This document shows positions 19,832-29,421 of a stretch of 64,000 nucleotides of DNA, piece by piece (the stretch's first letter is position 1; every line of letters begins with the position of its first letter). The notes under the pieces are model-generated. The model made no database searches. It worked only from the letters and a program-made list of their open reading frames with translations, and had not been told where the DNA came from. The position numbers and the translations under genes are program-made. The DNA is from an uncultured Hyphomicrobiaceae bacterium (GTDB lineage: Bacteria; Pseudomonadota; Alphaproteobacteria; Rhizobiales; CALHAX01). The DNA lies in NCBI GenBank assembly GCA_937931785.1, contig CALHAX010000105.1, forward strand, positions 30,701 through 94,700, read 5' to 3'.

Positions 19832-19861
19832 AACCGCCCCTCCTGTGCAGGAGAGGCGGTT
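19832..19861. terminator. Hairpin between convergent genes (possible bidirectional terminator)
   Basis: AACCGCCCCTCCTG..CAGGAGAGGCGGTT, a 14-bp stem with one mismatch. On the minus strand it is followed by TTTGCGGTT. Confidence 0.55.
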
Positions 19862-19891
19862 GTCTTGTGCACGTGATATGGACCCGACAGA

Positions 19892-20041
19892 TCAGCGACC
19901 GTTAACGGCACCAAAGGGGTTGCCCGAGTACGAACCACCATTGAGACTGTACTTCGGGCCGGCTTCTGCCGGGGTCGTCGTTGCGATGGCACCAGCAGAT
20001 ATGGCGGCAATCAGAGCAGCGGCTGTAAAGAATTTTGTCAT
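19892..20041 (-). CDS. Small secreted Gly-rich peptide (49-aa precursor)
   Basis: MTKFFTAAALIAAISAGAIATTTPAEA / GPKYSLNGGSYSGNPFGAVNGR. Clear Sec-type signal peptide with an AEA cleavage motif. GAGAG RBS 6 nt upstream. The hairpin at 19832-19861 lies just downstream. Confidence 0.5.
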   Translation of the reverse strand: MTKFFTAAALIAAISAGAIATTTPAEAGPKYSLNGGSYSGNPFGAVNGR

Positions 20042-20132
20042 GATTTTCTCTCTGTTTGGGGGGATGTTTGTCCCGTCTGATTGAGACAATGACCTAGTAT
20101 CGGCCTTAACCATATGACGTGCATCACACATT

Positions 20133-20184
20133 TACGTTTTCGAGACGGATTTCACTGCTACGTTTTCGAGACGGATTTCACTGC
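20133..20184. repeat. Perfect 26-bp tandem direct repeat, two copies
   Basis: TACGTTTTCGAGACGGATTTCACTGC occurs at 20133-20158 and again at 20159-20184, about 90-140 bp upstream of the small peptide gene. Confidence 0.95.
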
Positions 20185-20238
20185 AGAACTTGAATGTGCA
20201 GAACGATGTGTGTGGCACGTGTCGAAAAGCGCATCGTC

Positions 20239-20279
20239 AAAGAAAAACCGCCTCTCATCAGGGAAATGAGAAGCGGTTC
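20239..20279 (-). terminator. Rho-independent terminator (minus strand)
   Basis: The minus strand reads AACCGCTTCTCAT-ttccctg-ATGAGAGGCGGTT followed by TTTTTCTTT. The stem is 13 bp with one mismatch. Confidence 0.7.
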
Positions 20280-20402
20280 AGGCAGGGAGAAGGAAGGGTG
20301 TGAGTACAGTCTACCCGGTTTCAGGGGAGGGCTGAGGATATCGGGCGAGCCGCGGTGTGTTGTGGTTGTGGTGCTGTTTTCCTGTGTTGTTGCGTCTGTC
20401 TT
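20239..20402 (-). ncRNA. Candidate CA-rich small RNA (about 160 nt, 5' end inferred)
   Basis: A non-coding stretch that ends in the terminator above. The 5' part is CAACAACACAGGAAAACAGCACCACAACCACAACACACC. The 3' part carries pyrimidine tracts CCCUCCCCU and CCUUCCUUCUCCCU. The 5' end is only guessed, from a CATAAA -10-like box. Confidence 0.3.
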
Positions 20403-20435
20403 GAACCGTTTATGGTGAATTTCAGATGTCGCGAC

Positions 20436-20451
20436 TGTGATCCGCATCACA
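20436..20451. promoter_or_regulatory. Perfect TGTGA-N6-TCACA palindrome (CRP/FNR-superfamily-type site)
   Basis: TGTGAtccgcaTCACA read directly from the sequence. Two more TGTGATTT copies lie at 20465 and 20482. All sit between the candidate sRNA and tRNA-Arg. Confidence 0.4.
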
Positions 20452-20562
20452 CTTTTATCGGTTCTGTGATTTTGAGAATTTTGTGATTTAGCGGGCGAAG
20501 CTTTAGTCAGTGTTGTGACTTGAGTTGCGGCCAACTCGGAAATCAGGCTATCTGCGCAACAC

Positions 20563-20639
20563 GGTCCCGTAGCTCAGCTGGATAGAGCAGCTGACTTCTA
20601 ATCAGCAGGTCCCAGGTTCGAATCCTGGCGGGATCACCA
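20563..20639 (+). tRNA. tRNA-Arg (anticodon UCU)
   Basis: Acceptor GGTCCCG/CGGGATC, anticodon stem GCTGA/TCAGC with loop CTTCTAA, T arm CCAGG-TTCGAAT-CCTGG, and an encoded CCA. Confidence 0.92.
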
Positions 20640-20847
20640 CTTTCCGATATGTCCTGAGTAGCACTACGGATGCTCAACTCTTGGCAGGATTGATTTCTGA
20701 TCTGTCGCGGAGAGCAATACGCCTCGCATGACAGATCGAGCCTGGTCATCGGACTGAGCCCTGTTCGTGATGCACCAATATGCGTCACCGCTGCCGGACT
20801 GTCATGGTCGCAAAGCGCTTTTCGGTTTGCTCGGAATGACACCACAC

Positions 20848-22242
20848 ATGGCAACAACGTCGACGACAGAAACGGTTCCGACTCCTGCGACATCTGGGGG
20901 AGAGGTTGCTGTACCCGAGGTTACGGGGGCTGGCGAGTGGAGCGACGCGTTGGCCGGTCTCGGCGCAACGATAGTGCGAGAGTTCAACAATCTCAGTGCA
21001 CCCTGGACGATCTATCAGTTCGCCATTGTTTGCATTGCTCTGTTGATTGCCAGGGTTGCAGGGCGGGCACTGACACCTGTCCTTGAGGAACGTATCCGCA
21101 GTATCACGGGGCAGCCACGTTTGTTGCGGCTTCTGGTGATCATTCTGCGCCGGTTGCGCTGGATCCTGTTCGCATTTTTCCTCTGGGCCACCTACTACGT
21201 TTTACAAGAATTTGCCGTTTGGCAAAGTCGCAGTTTTTACGTTGGTGTTGCGGCCAATCTTGCAACAGCGTGGGTTGCGATCAGTATTGGTTCACGTGTC
21301 ATTCGCAATCGCTCGGTCGGGCAACTTTTCGCAATCGTAGCATGGTCGTTGGCCGCGTTGCATATCCTGGGTTGGTTATCGCCGCTTCTGGGTGCACTTG
21401 ACGGAGTGGCTTATGCAGTCGGCAATTTCAGAATTTCTCTCCTCCTCGTTCTGAAGGCTGTGGTGCTTTTAACAGTTCTGATCTGGCTTGCCTCGATCCT
21501 GGGGGATTTTCTCGACCGGCGGATCAAGCAGCACCTGGAACTGGCCCCTTCACTTCAGGTTCTGATAGGTAAGATCATCAAGGCAGCACTGATGGTTGCG
21601 GCGGTTATGTTTGCCTTGTCGGCCGTCGGGCTGGATTTGACAGCGCTTACGGTGTTCTCGGGTGCTTTGGGGCTTGGGATCGGCTTCGGACTGCAAAAGG
21701 TGGCGTCAAACCTTGTGAGTGGGATCATTATTCTGATCGACAAGTCCATCAAGCCGGGGGATGTGATTTCGCTCGGAGATACTTTCGGATGGATTGAATC
21801 TCTTCGAGGGCGCTACGTTTCTGTCGTGACGCGCGACGGAGTGGAATATCTCATTCCGAACGAAGATTTCGTCACTGAGAAAGTGGTGAACTGGTCGCAT
21901 TCGAACCGGAACGTTCGCCTCGATGTGCGCTTTGGGGTGAGCTATGACAGTGACCCTCATATGGTGCGCAAGTTGGCGGTAGATGCGGTGAAGGAGATCA
22001 CACGCATCATTTCGTATCCGGCGCCGGTTTGCCATGTCGTCGGATTTGGCGACTCTTCAATTGATTTCGTTCTTCGCTTCTGGATCGTCGACCCGGAAGG
22101 CGGGCTGACCAACATCCGCGGCACCGCGTTCCTCGCATTATGGGATGCGTTCAAGGAACACGGCATCGACATTCCTTACCCGCATCGCCAGATATTGCTT
22201 CCAAACAAGGATAAAACCGATGCGTTGATCCTGCCGGATTGA
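20848..22242 (+). CDS. Mechanosensitive ion channel (MscS family, multi-TM N-terminal extension)
   Basis: Several N-terminal TM helices followed by the MscS core LQKVASNLVSGIIILIDKSIKPGDVI. I chose the start at MATTST (20848); the ORF opens at 20767. Confidence 0.88.
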   Translation: MATTSTTETVPTPATSGGEVAVPEVTGAGEWSDALAGLGATIVREFNNLSAPWTIYQFAIVCIALLIARVAGRALTPVLEERIRSITGQPRLLRLLVIILRRLRWILFAFFLWATYYVLQEFAVWQSRSFYVGVAANLATAWVAISIGSRVIRNRSVGQLFAIVAWSLAALHILGWLSPLLGALDGVAYAVGNFRISLLLVLKAVVLLTVLIWLASILGDFLDRRIKQHLELAPSLQVLIGKIIKAALMVAAVMFALSAVGLDLTALTVFSGALGLGIGFGLQKVASNLVSGIIILIDKSIKPGDVISLGDTFGWIESLRGRYVSVVTRDGVEYLIPNEDFVTEKVVNWSHSNRNVRLDVRFGVSYDSDPHMVRKLAVDAVKEITRIISYPAPVCHVVGFGDSSIDFVLRFWIVDPEGGLTNIRGTAFLALWDAFKEHGIDIPYPHRQILLPNKDKTDALILPD

Positions 22243-22261
22243 TGAGATCGCCGCATATTGC

Positions 22262-22966
22262 TCAATCTCGTTTCGGAATATTGACGGCGGCCAGACTTGC
22301 AGTACGATTTTCGCAAACTTTAAACCAGCGGATCACATTCTTATAATTGTCCATCCCGATCACATCTGAGGCCTCATAGAAGCCTGTCATGGCGCGGATC
22401 CATGGCCATATTGCAATGTCTGCAATTGTGTAGTCGTCACCCATGATGTTGGCACGCCCGTCGAGTCGCTGGTCGAGCACACCGAGCAAGCGGCGGGATT
22501 CGTCGCGGTAACGCTCGTATGGGCGTTTGTCTTCGATCTCTTTGCCCGCGAATTTGTGAAAGAAACCGAACTGGCCGAACATTGGTCCGAGACCACCCAT
22601 CTGCCACATCAACCACTGAATGGTTTCAAGCCGGGCTGCGTCATCCGTCGGGAGGAGTTTTCCAGACTTGCGTGCGAGGTAAATGAGTATGGCACCGGAC
22701 TCCCAAAGTCCGAGTGGTTTCCCGCCCGGGCCATTAGGATCGATCATGGCTGGGATCTTATTGTTGGGATTGAGCGACATGAACTCCGGTGTAAGCTGGT
22801 CGTCGGTCGAAAAATTGACAAGGTGCGGTTCATAGGGCAGCCCGGTTTCCTCCAACATGGCAGAAATCTTGATTCCGTTCGGCGTCGGCAAGGAATAAAG
22901 CTGAATACGATCCGGGTGGCTGGCAGGCCATTTGGTGGTAATCGGAAAATCTGAAAGCGCGGTCAT
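22262..22966 (-). CDS. Glutathione S-transferase (Nu/YfcG-YghU-like)
   Basis: LYSLPTPNGIKISAMLEE, NPNNKIPAMIDP and ESGAILIYLA motifs. Confidence 0.9.
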   Translation of the reverse strand: MTALSDFPITTKWPASHPDRIQLYSLPTPNGIKISAMLEETGLPYEPHLVNFSTDDQLTPEFMSLNPNNKIPAMIDPNGPGGKPLGLWESGAILIYLARKSGKLLPTDDAARLETIQWLMWQMGGLGPMFGQFGFFHKFAGKEIEDKRPYERYRDESRRLLGVLDQRLDGRANIMGDDYTIADIAIWPWIRAMTGFYEASDVIGMDNYKNVIRWFKVCENRTASLAAVNIPKRD

Positions 22967-23057
22967 GGAGAGCTCGTCTTGTTTGGGTGCATCTGTTCAG
23001 TCCGTAACATGATTTGGTGCATGGACTGCGATCAAAAAAAAATTGTTTGCGGTGCAA

Positions 23058-24014
23058 CTATTGGATGTTCGCAACCGGGAACGTACGCCGCCAGGTTTCG
23101 CGGAGGTAATCCCCACACAGCAATCCAGGTTCACCGTCAGCTTCGTTATTACCTATCGGTGCAATGACAGCATCATGTCCCGGGTAGACAAACACCGGGA
23201 TTGAATAGCGGTCTCGACCGCCACGGTTTATGACGCGGTGTGGCGTGGAGGAAAATTGCCCGTTCGTCCAGATCTGCATGATGTTACCGATATTGATCAC
23301 GAACGTGTCAGGTATTGAGGGCGCACCGATCCATTCCCCGCTCTTGTTCTGGATTTCAAGGCCGTCGCCGTCGTCCTGCCAGAGAATGGTGAACGCACCT
23401 GAGTCCGAATGTGGAACCACGCCGATATGTTTTACGCTCTCAGGGTTGTCCTGCGGTGGATAATGATTAATTTTCAGACGTGTCATGGCTTCGTGAAACG
23501 GCTCGGCGAAACCGTCTGCGGGTAGGCCAAAAGCCTGTGCAAACCCGCTTTGAAGCGCAAGTGTCAGCGGTTCGACCGCGCTTTGGTATCGTAGCATCAT
23601 GTCCTTGAAATCCGAATGCCCCACGGGCCAGATGTTGGGACCTTCCAGTGGCTTGTCCACATCGACGGGGCGATCGTAACCGATCCAAAATCCTTCCTGA
23701 TGGCTTTTGGCCTCGCGCTTCTCGTTCTCGTAGCTTGCATAGTCGAGTGGAAGGTAACCGCGTAATCTCGGATCAATTGGAATGCGCATCTTCTCGTCCA
23801 TCGGTTTCTCGAAGAAGCCTTGCGCTTCGCGTCGCAAATCAGCGATCAGGCTTTGTGACACGTCATGATTGCGGACATAGAAGAAGCCCACGTCGGTGCA
23901 GGCCGCTGCAATTGCTGCAACATCGTCGGTGGATGCTGTGCCTTCGAGAAACGGTGCGATATCGATTTGCGGAATCTCCGAGAAATCGAGCCGTCGAGAG
24001 AGTGGGATTGCCAT
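23058..24014 (-). CDS. 2-oxoglutarate/Fe(II)-dependent oxygenase (isopenicillin N synthase-like family)
   Basis: 318 aa with the HxD...H facial triad region (VVPHSDSGAFTILWQD ... STPHRVIN). Confidence 0.88.
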   Translation of the reverse strand: MAIPLSRRLDFSEIPQIDIAPFLEGTASTDDVAAIAAACTDVGFFYVRNHDVSQSLIADLRREAQGFFEKPMDEKMRIPIDPRLRGYLPLDYASYENEKREAKSHQEGFWIGYDRPVDVDKPLEGPNIWPVGHSDFKDMMLRYQSAVEPLTLALQSGFAQAFGLPADGFAEPFHEAMTRLKINHYPPQDNPESVKHIGVVPHSDSGAFTILWQDDGDGLEIQNKSGEWIGAPSIPDTFVINIGNIMQIWTNGQFSSTPHRVINRGGRDRYSIPVFVYPGHDAVIAPIGNNEADGEPGLLCGDYLRETWRRTFPVANIQ

Positions 24015-24138
24015 GGCATAAGGTTCCGGTGCTGCTTCTATGCTCGCTTATGAGAAAAGCGCAGCGATCATAGTCTGGCAAGGCCTGACATGGATGGTCA
24101 ACGAACCAGACCGCCGCTACGGTGTAGTCGGCTTGGGC

Positions 24139-24232
24139 GTGTCCGACTTAGGGCGGCTTCTACGAAGTTGAGGCGCCGGGATGCCAGTGGAGCGATCTGG
24201 ATCGTCGCGTCATGATTCCATTTGAATCAGAC
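24139..24232. repeat. Interspersed structured intergenic repeat, copy A
   Basis: It shares an identical 11-nt left end GTGTCCGACTT and a 59-nt core (CGCCGGG...GAATCAGAC) with 51501-51579. By my hand alignment the core matches at 54 of 59 positions. The ends are imperfect inverted repeats. Confidence 0.8.
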
Positions 24233-24275
24233 ACAGTCTAGGTTTGCAACTTCGACACTTTGCCCCGGAGGCGTG

Positions 24276-25490
24276 ATGCGCGATCGCTTGCACTATCTGT
24301 TTCTGAATGTGGGCCATTTCCTGGACCATCTGCTCATGTTGATCTTCGCGACGGTGGCCGCGCTGGCGCTCACGCGCGAGTGGGGCATGGGCTATGGTGC
24401 GTTGATTGCGTATGCGACGCCAGGCTTTGTTGCGTTCGGTGCATTTGCCATCCCCGCGGGATGGGCGGCCGATCGTTGGGGTCGCGAAGCAATGATGACA
24501 CTGTTTTTCATTGGATGCGGGGTATCGAGTACTGCGGTAGCGCTCGCGACGACGCCTGTGCAAATCGGAACAGCACTGTTTTTCGTTGGCGTATTTGCTG
24601 CGATTTACCATCCAGTCGGTATAGCGCTCGTGCTCGAAGGCCACGCCAAGACCGGCATGCGGATCGCGATCAACGGCGTGTGGGGCAATATGGGGGTGGC
24701 CGTTGCAGCACTCCTCACAGGACTGCTGATCGACAGTGGCAGTTGGCGCACGGCCTTTGTTCTTCCCGGTCTCATCTGCGCCCTGATCGGCGTCGCCTAT
24801 GGCTGGTTGATCTGGCGAACGGCAGGAAACACCGAGGGGGTATCAGCAGCAAACAAAACGACCCGAACAGTCGTCGTTGAACCGGTGTTCGATCGATCTG
24901 TTTTCATCCGTGTCCTGGGCGTAATTCTCTTTACGACGGCTTTGGGCGGACTGGTTTTCCAGAGCACGACATTTGCACTTCCCAAGGTGCTCGCAGAGCG
25001 GGTGTCTGACGTGGATACAACAGCCACCTTGATCGGTTGGCTCGCTTTTCTTGCCTTTGCAGTCGGATCTGTCGGTCAACTGGTGGTCGGACACTTCGTG
25101 GATCGTGCGTCACCACGCATCGCCTTCATGATCGTGGCCACGCTTCAGGTTCTGTTTTTTGCTCTGATGATATCTGCAACGGGATGGTGGGCTGCTGTCG
25201 TTGCCGCCGGTTTCATGTTCGCGGCATTCGGACAGATCCCGATCAACGATGTTCTCGTGGGACGGGTGGCGCGCAGTGAATGGCGCAGTCGTATTCTCGC
25301 CATTCGCTACACGGTCACGATCAGTGTCATGGCATCATCTGTCCCGTTCATTGCATGGGTTCACGCCCATCACGGGTTTGGAACATTGTTCGGAATTTTA
25401 TCGGTGACCGCAGCGTGCGTTCTTCTCGCGGTGTTGACGCTCCCACATCTGGAAGAGCCGGTCGCGACGGTCACAACTCCAGCAGAGTGA
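24276..25490 (+). CDS. MFS transporter
   Basis: About 12 predicted TM helices with an MFS-type loop (PAGWAADRWGRE). The ATG at 24276 follows GGAGG. The ORF-track start at 24222 lies inside the repeat element. Confidence 0.85.
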   Translation: MRDRLHYLFLNVGHFLDHLLMLIFATVAALALTREWGMGYGALIAYATPGFVAFGAFAIPAGWAADRWGREAMMTLFFIGCGVSSTAVALATTPVQIGTALFFVGVFAAIYHPVGIALVLEGHAKTGMRIAINGVWGNMGVAVAALLTGLLIDSGSWRTAFVLPGLICALIGVAYGWLIWRTAGNTEGVSAANKTTRTVVVEPVFDRSVFIRVLGVILFTTALGGLVFQSTTFALPKVLAERVSDVDTTATLIGWLAFLAFAVGSVGQLVVGHFVDRASPRIAFMIVATLQVLFFALMISATGWWAAVVAAGFMFAAFGQIPINDVLVGRVARSEWRSRILAIRYTVTISVMASSVPFIAWVHAHHGFGTLFGILSVTAACVLLAVLTLPHLEEPVATVTTPAE

Positions 25491-25799
25491 TGCGTGATGT
25501 GAGAAGAAGAGGAGCGGCGAGGAAAGCGGGGAAACCCCGCCGCTCCCAAGGGTTCCAGGTTGGCTGCGACGACCCGTTACCCTTGTCTCATCGGGCAAGC
25601 TCTATCGAGCCCCCGTTAAGACAGACTGAGCGCTCCATTCGCGGCAGGAATACGGCACGGATAAAAGTTGGTATTTCGCCGCTTTCCATAACTGGTTCAA
25701 ATCACACGCGATCTCTGAAATATCACTCAACTGAGATTATGGCGCTCAAGGCGCAAAACGATGGCAGATCGGGCATTGCGCTGCATTTCGGCACGTTGA

Positions 25800-25834
25800 G
25801 AAACAAAACCGGCGACGCATTTCTGCGCCGCCGG
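25800..25834 (-). terminator. Rho-independent terminator of the OMP gene
   Basis: The minus strand reads CCGGCGGCGCA-gaaa-TGCGTCGCCGG followed by TTTTGTTTC, 37 nt past the stop codon. Confidence 0.7.
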
Positions 25835-25870
25835 TCCCGGCAGTCCCCGCTGTTTGACTGACTTTACGCG

Positions 25871-26608
25871 TTATTGGATGACGTCAAGGTCGGTGCCATT
25901 GAACGTATTGCCAAGGAAGCCACCCGAGAAGCTCAGTGTAAATCCGACACGGATCACCGTGTGTGACTGATCAACATCCGCGAACCCACCCGCAAGGAGG
26001 TCGCGATTGTTGTCGTAGTCGTAGTGAATGGCCTCAACCCGGAAGGCGTTGCCATCGCCAAGAGCGTGTTCGATACCGCCACCGTAGGCCACACCATCGG
26101 CACTTCGGCTGACACGCACCCCGGCACCATTTGACGCAAACACGTCGTAGGACTGGTTTGCAACGGCATACCCCCCCGTGATGTACACAAGCATTTGCTC
26201 CGTGACTGTCAGCCCCAGTCTGACGCGTGCACTCGCAAAGAAGTGCGGATCGTTGCTCGCCGTGTTGATGTCCCCTTCGATGCCAAGAACGAGACTGCCC
26301 GCTTGCAGGTTGCAGCCCGTATAGGCTCCAAGTGCGAGGCCGTCACTTGATGTGTTTGCCACTTCTGTGACCGGCGCGCTGATTGTGGCTGATGACGAAT
26401 CGATGTTTCCACCAGCGGACACGCCAATGTAGCAGCCGTGCCAGGCATGCAGTGGCTGGTCGACGATGATGATATCATCGTCCTTGAAACTGCCGTTGTC
26501 GGCATGCGCCGCCGTCACGGCCCAGAATGCGAACCCTGTGACGATTAGAAAACCAGCACCGACTCCGGCGGCACCAGCACGCATGAAACGCTTACCCAAA
26601 CGCAACAT
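25871..26608 (-). CDS. Outer-membrane beta-barrel protein (Omp25/Omp31/RopB-like)
   Basis: Signal peptide ...FWAVTAAHA and alternating beta-strand patterns. It has a beta-signal-like VIRVGFTLSF followed by an 18-aa tail. I chose the start at MLRLGKR. Confidence 0.85.
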   Translation of the reverse strand: MLRLGKRFMRAGAAGVGAGFLIVTGFAFWAVTAAHADNGSFKDDDIIIVDQPLHAWHGCYIGVSAGGNIDSSSATISAPVTEVANTSSDGLALGAYTGCNLQAGSLVLGIEGDINTASNDPHFFASARVRLGLTVTEQMLVYITGGYAVANQSYDVFASNGAGVRVSRSADGVAYGGGIEHALGDGNAFRVEAIHYDYDNNRDLLAGGFADVDQSHTVIRVGFTLSFSGGFLGNTFNGTDLDVIQ

Positions 26609-26808
26609 AATACTTCCCTCTACGCATACTCGTGCCCCCAACCCCGGAAACACTGAACGCTACTGTTTGATTTTGATTTTTCGGATGAACGCAACGCAAC
26701 AAGCTACAGCCGGAACCATAGTGGGGTGATTCCCCGTTAGGCAACGGGGGTGTGGATAGCGCGTGGACAAGGGTGGAGAACCGGGGATTGCCCAGACAGA
26801 GGTGTCCG

Positions 26809-27246
26809 TCAGCCGCGTCCGCGATACGTCGGAACGCCTTGATCCGGAAGCCACACACCTTCTGGAACGGCACCGGTTTGCCAGAAGACATCAATCGGAA
26901 TACCGCCGCGGGGGTACCAGTAACCGCCGATCCGCAACCAGCGCGGATCAAGCAAGCTCACGAGTTGCTTGCCAATCGCAACCGTACAGTCTTCGTGGAA
27001 TGCGCCATGGTTGCGGAAGGATCCAAGATACAATTTGAGCGACTTGGACTCAACGAGCCAATCGCCGGGAACATAATCGATGACAAGATGCGCGAAGTCA
27101 GGCTGTCCAGTGACCGGGCACAGCGAAGTGAACTCAGGAGCGGTGAAACGTGCAATATAGTTCGTATCCGCGTGCGGATTGGGCACACGTTCCAGTTCCG
27201 CATCTTCAGGTGAGGCCGGAAGCGGCGCATGTTCACCAAGTTGCAT
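26809..27246 (-). CDS. queF: NADPH-dependent 7-cyano-7-deazaguanine reductase QueF (type I)
   Basis: [13 protein letters not shown] (catalytic Cys), ESKSLKLYL, and the GAFHE motif. Confidence 0.93.
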   Translation of the reverse strand: MQLGEHAPLPASPEDAELERVPNPHADTNYIARFTAPEFTSLCPVTGQPDFAHLVIDYVPGDWLVESKSLKLYLGSFRNHGAFHEDCTVAIGKQLVSLLDPRWLRIGGYWYPRGGIPIDVFWQTGAVPEGVWLPDQGVPTYRGRG

Positions 27247-27815
27247 CAGGCCGGTTCCATTCCAAGTTTGTCGTCACGTCGGCGCAACAAGGCAATGAGC
27301 GGGATCGCCAAAAGCACCATCCATCCCTTACCGACAATTTGACCCCACAGGTACGTCAGGTCCCCGAAGGCCAGTTGCAAGAAGACAAGGCTGTCTACAA
27401 TGAGCCCTATCGCACTGGAAAGTACGACGGCAGAAATGAACCCCTTTTTCTGCAACGGCGTATAAACGGCAAAATCTGCTAGCTCGGAGAGGATAAATGC
27501 AGTCACCGAGGCCACAACAAGCATCGCCGGAGCAACGGCCCATGAAAGAGCGCCGCCAATAGCAATCGCTGATAAGGACCAAAGCGCACCGAGGCGGCGT
27601 TGAACCAGATCGCGCAGAACAAGCGCCGCGCCAACAAGCAGAACACCGCTAGGGGCACTCAGTCCTGGCGCCACAGGAATAAGGCAGGGGCCATTTGGAA
27701 CACAGACTGTTCCAAGATTTCCGATCATCCAGTTGGCGAGTGGGATTGTCAGGATATAGGCCGCCAAAAATACGAATCCTTCGATCCGCTGGCGCATCGC
27801 ATGCGTTTTTGTCAT
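27246..27815 (-). CDS. yhhQ: Queuosine-precursor transporter (YhhQ/VUT family)
   Basis: Polytopic, about 190 aa, with a VUT/DUF165-like sequence. Its stop overlaps the queF ATG by 1 nt. The start is uncertain (27815 or 27833). Confidence 0.78.
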   Translation of the reverse strand: MTKTHAMRQRIEGFVFLAAYILTIPLANWMIGNLGTVCVPNGPCLIPVAPGLSAPSGVLLVGAALVLRDLVQRRLGALWSLSAIAIGGALSWAVAPAMLVVASVTAFILSELADFAVYTPLQKKGFISAVVLSSAIGLIVDSLVFLQLAFGDLTYLWGQIVGKGWMVLLAIPLIALLRRRDDKLGMEPA

Positions 27816-27965
27816 CAAGTTCTCCATGTGCATTCAAGCTGAATAGACCTGCGCACGTGTTTTGTGAGGAAGCCGATACGCGATTGCCTGCGTTCCGGCA
27901 AGCTGTTGGCGCATAAACGCTGAAACGGGGGGGATCGGTGGGGTTTGCGCGACACCCACATTTGA

Positions 27966-29303
<1,338 letters not shown>

Positions 29304-29421
29304 TTTAATCGCCAGATCGAGGCGGTGATTTACTCCGAATTAACGGTGGTCAGGCAGGTTCATCCTTGTCCCTTGGATCACGCGAATTGAGTTGTGCGTC
29401 TCGCGTGTTGAGCCTCCTGAA

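Noticed and set aside
20178-20534. A 118-aa minus-strand ORF covering the gene-poor locus next to tRNA-Arg.
   Set aside because: It reads straight through an intrinsic terminator hairpin and the 26-bp tandem repeat. It has a Thr/Ser/His-rich low-complexity sequence and no RBS. The region is better explained as non-coding regulatory or sRNA sequence.
25548-25799. About 250 bp unassigned between the convergent MFS and porin genes. ORF 25280..25861 (193 aa) overlaps it.
   Set aside because: The ORF overlaps the MFS 3' end and runs through the porin terminator, so it is not credible. I saw a hairpin after the MFS stop (about 25511-25547) but no promoter-plus-terminator pair or repeat that would support an RNA gene. 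I leave it unexplained.
20563-27833. A possible genomic island integrated at tRNA-Arg (MscS, GST, 2OG oxygenase, MFS, porin, queF/yhhQ).
   Set aside because: There is no integrase, transposase or phage gene. I could find no direct repeat of the tRNA 3' end downstream, and the composition does not change obviously by eye. The genes are ordinary housekeeping or accessory metabolism.
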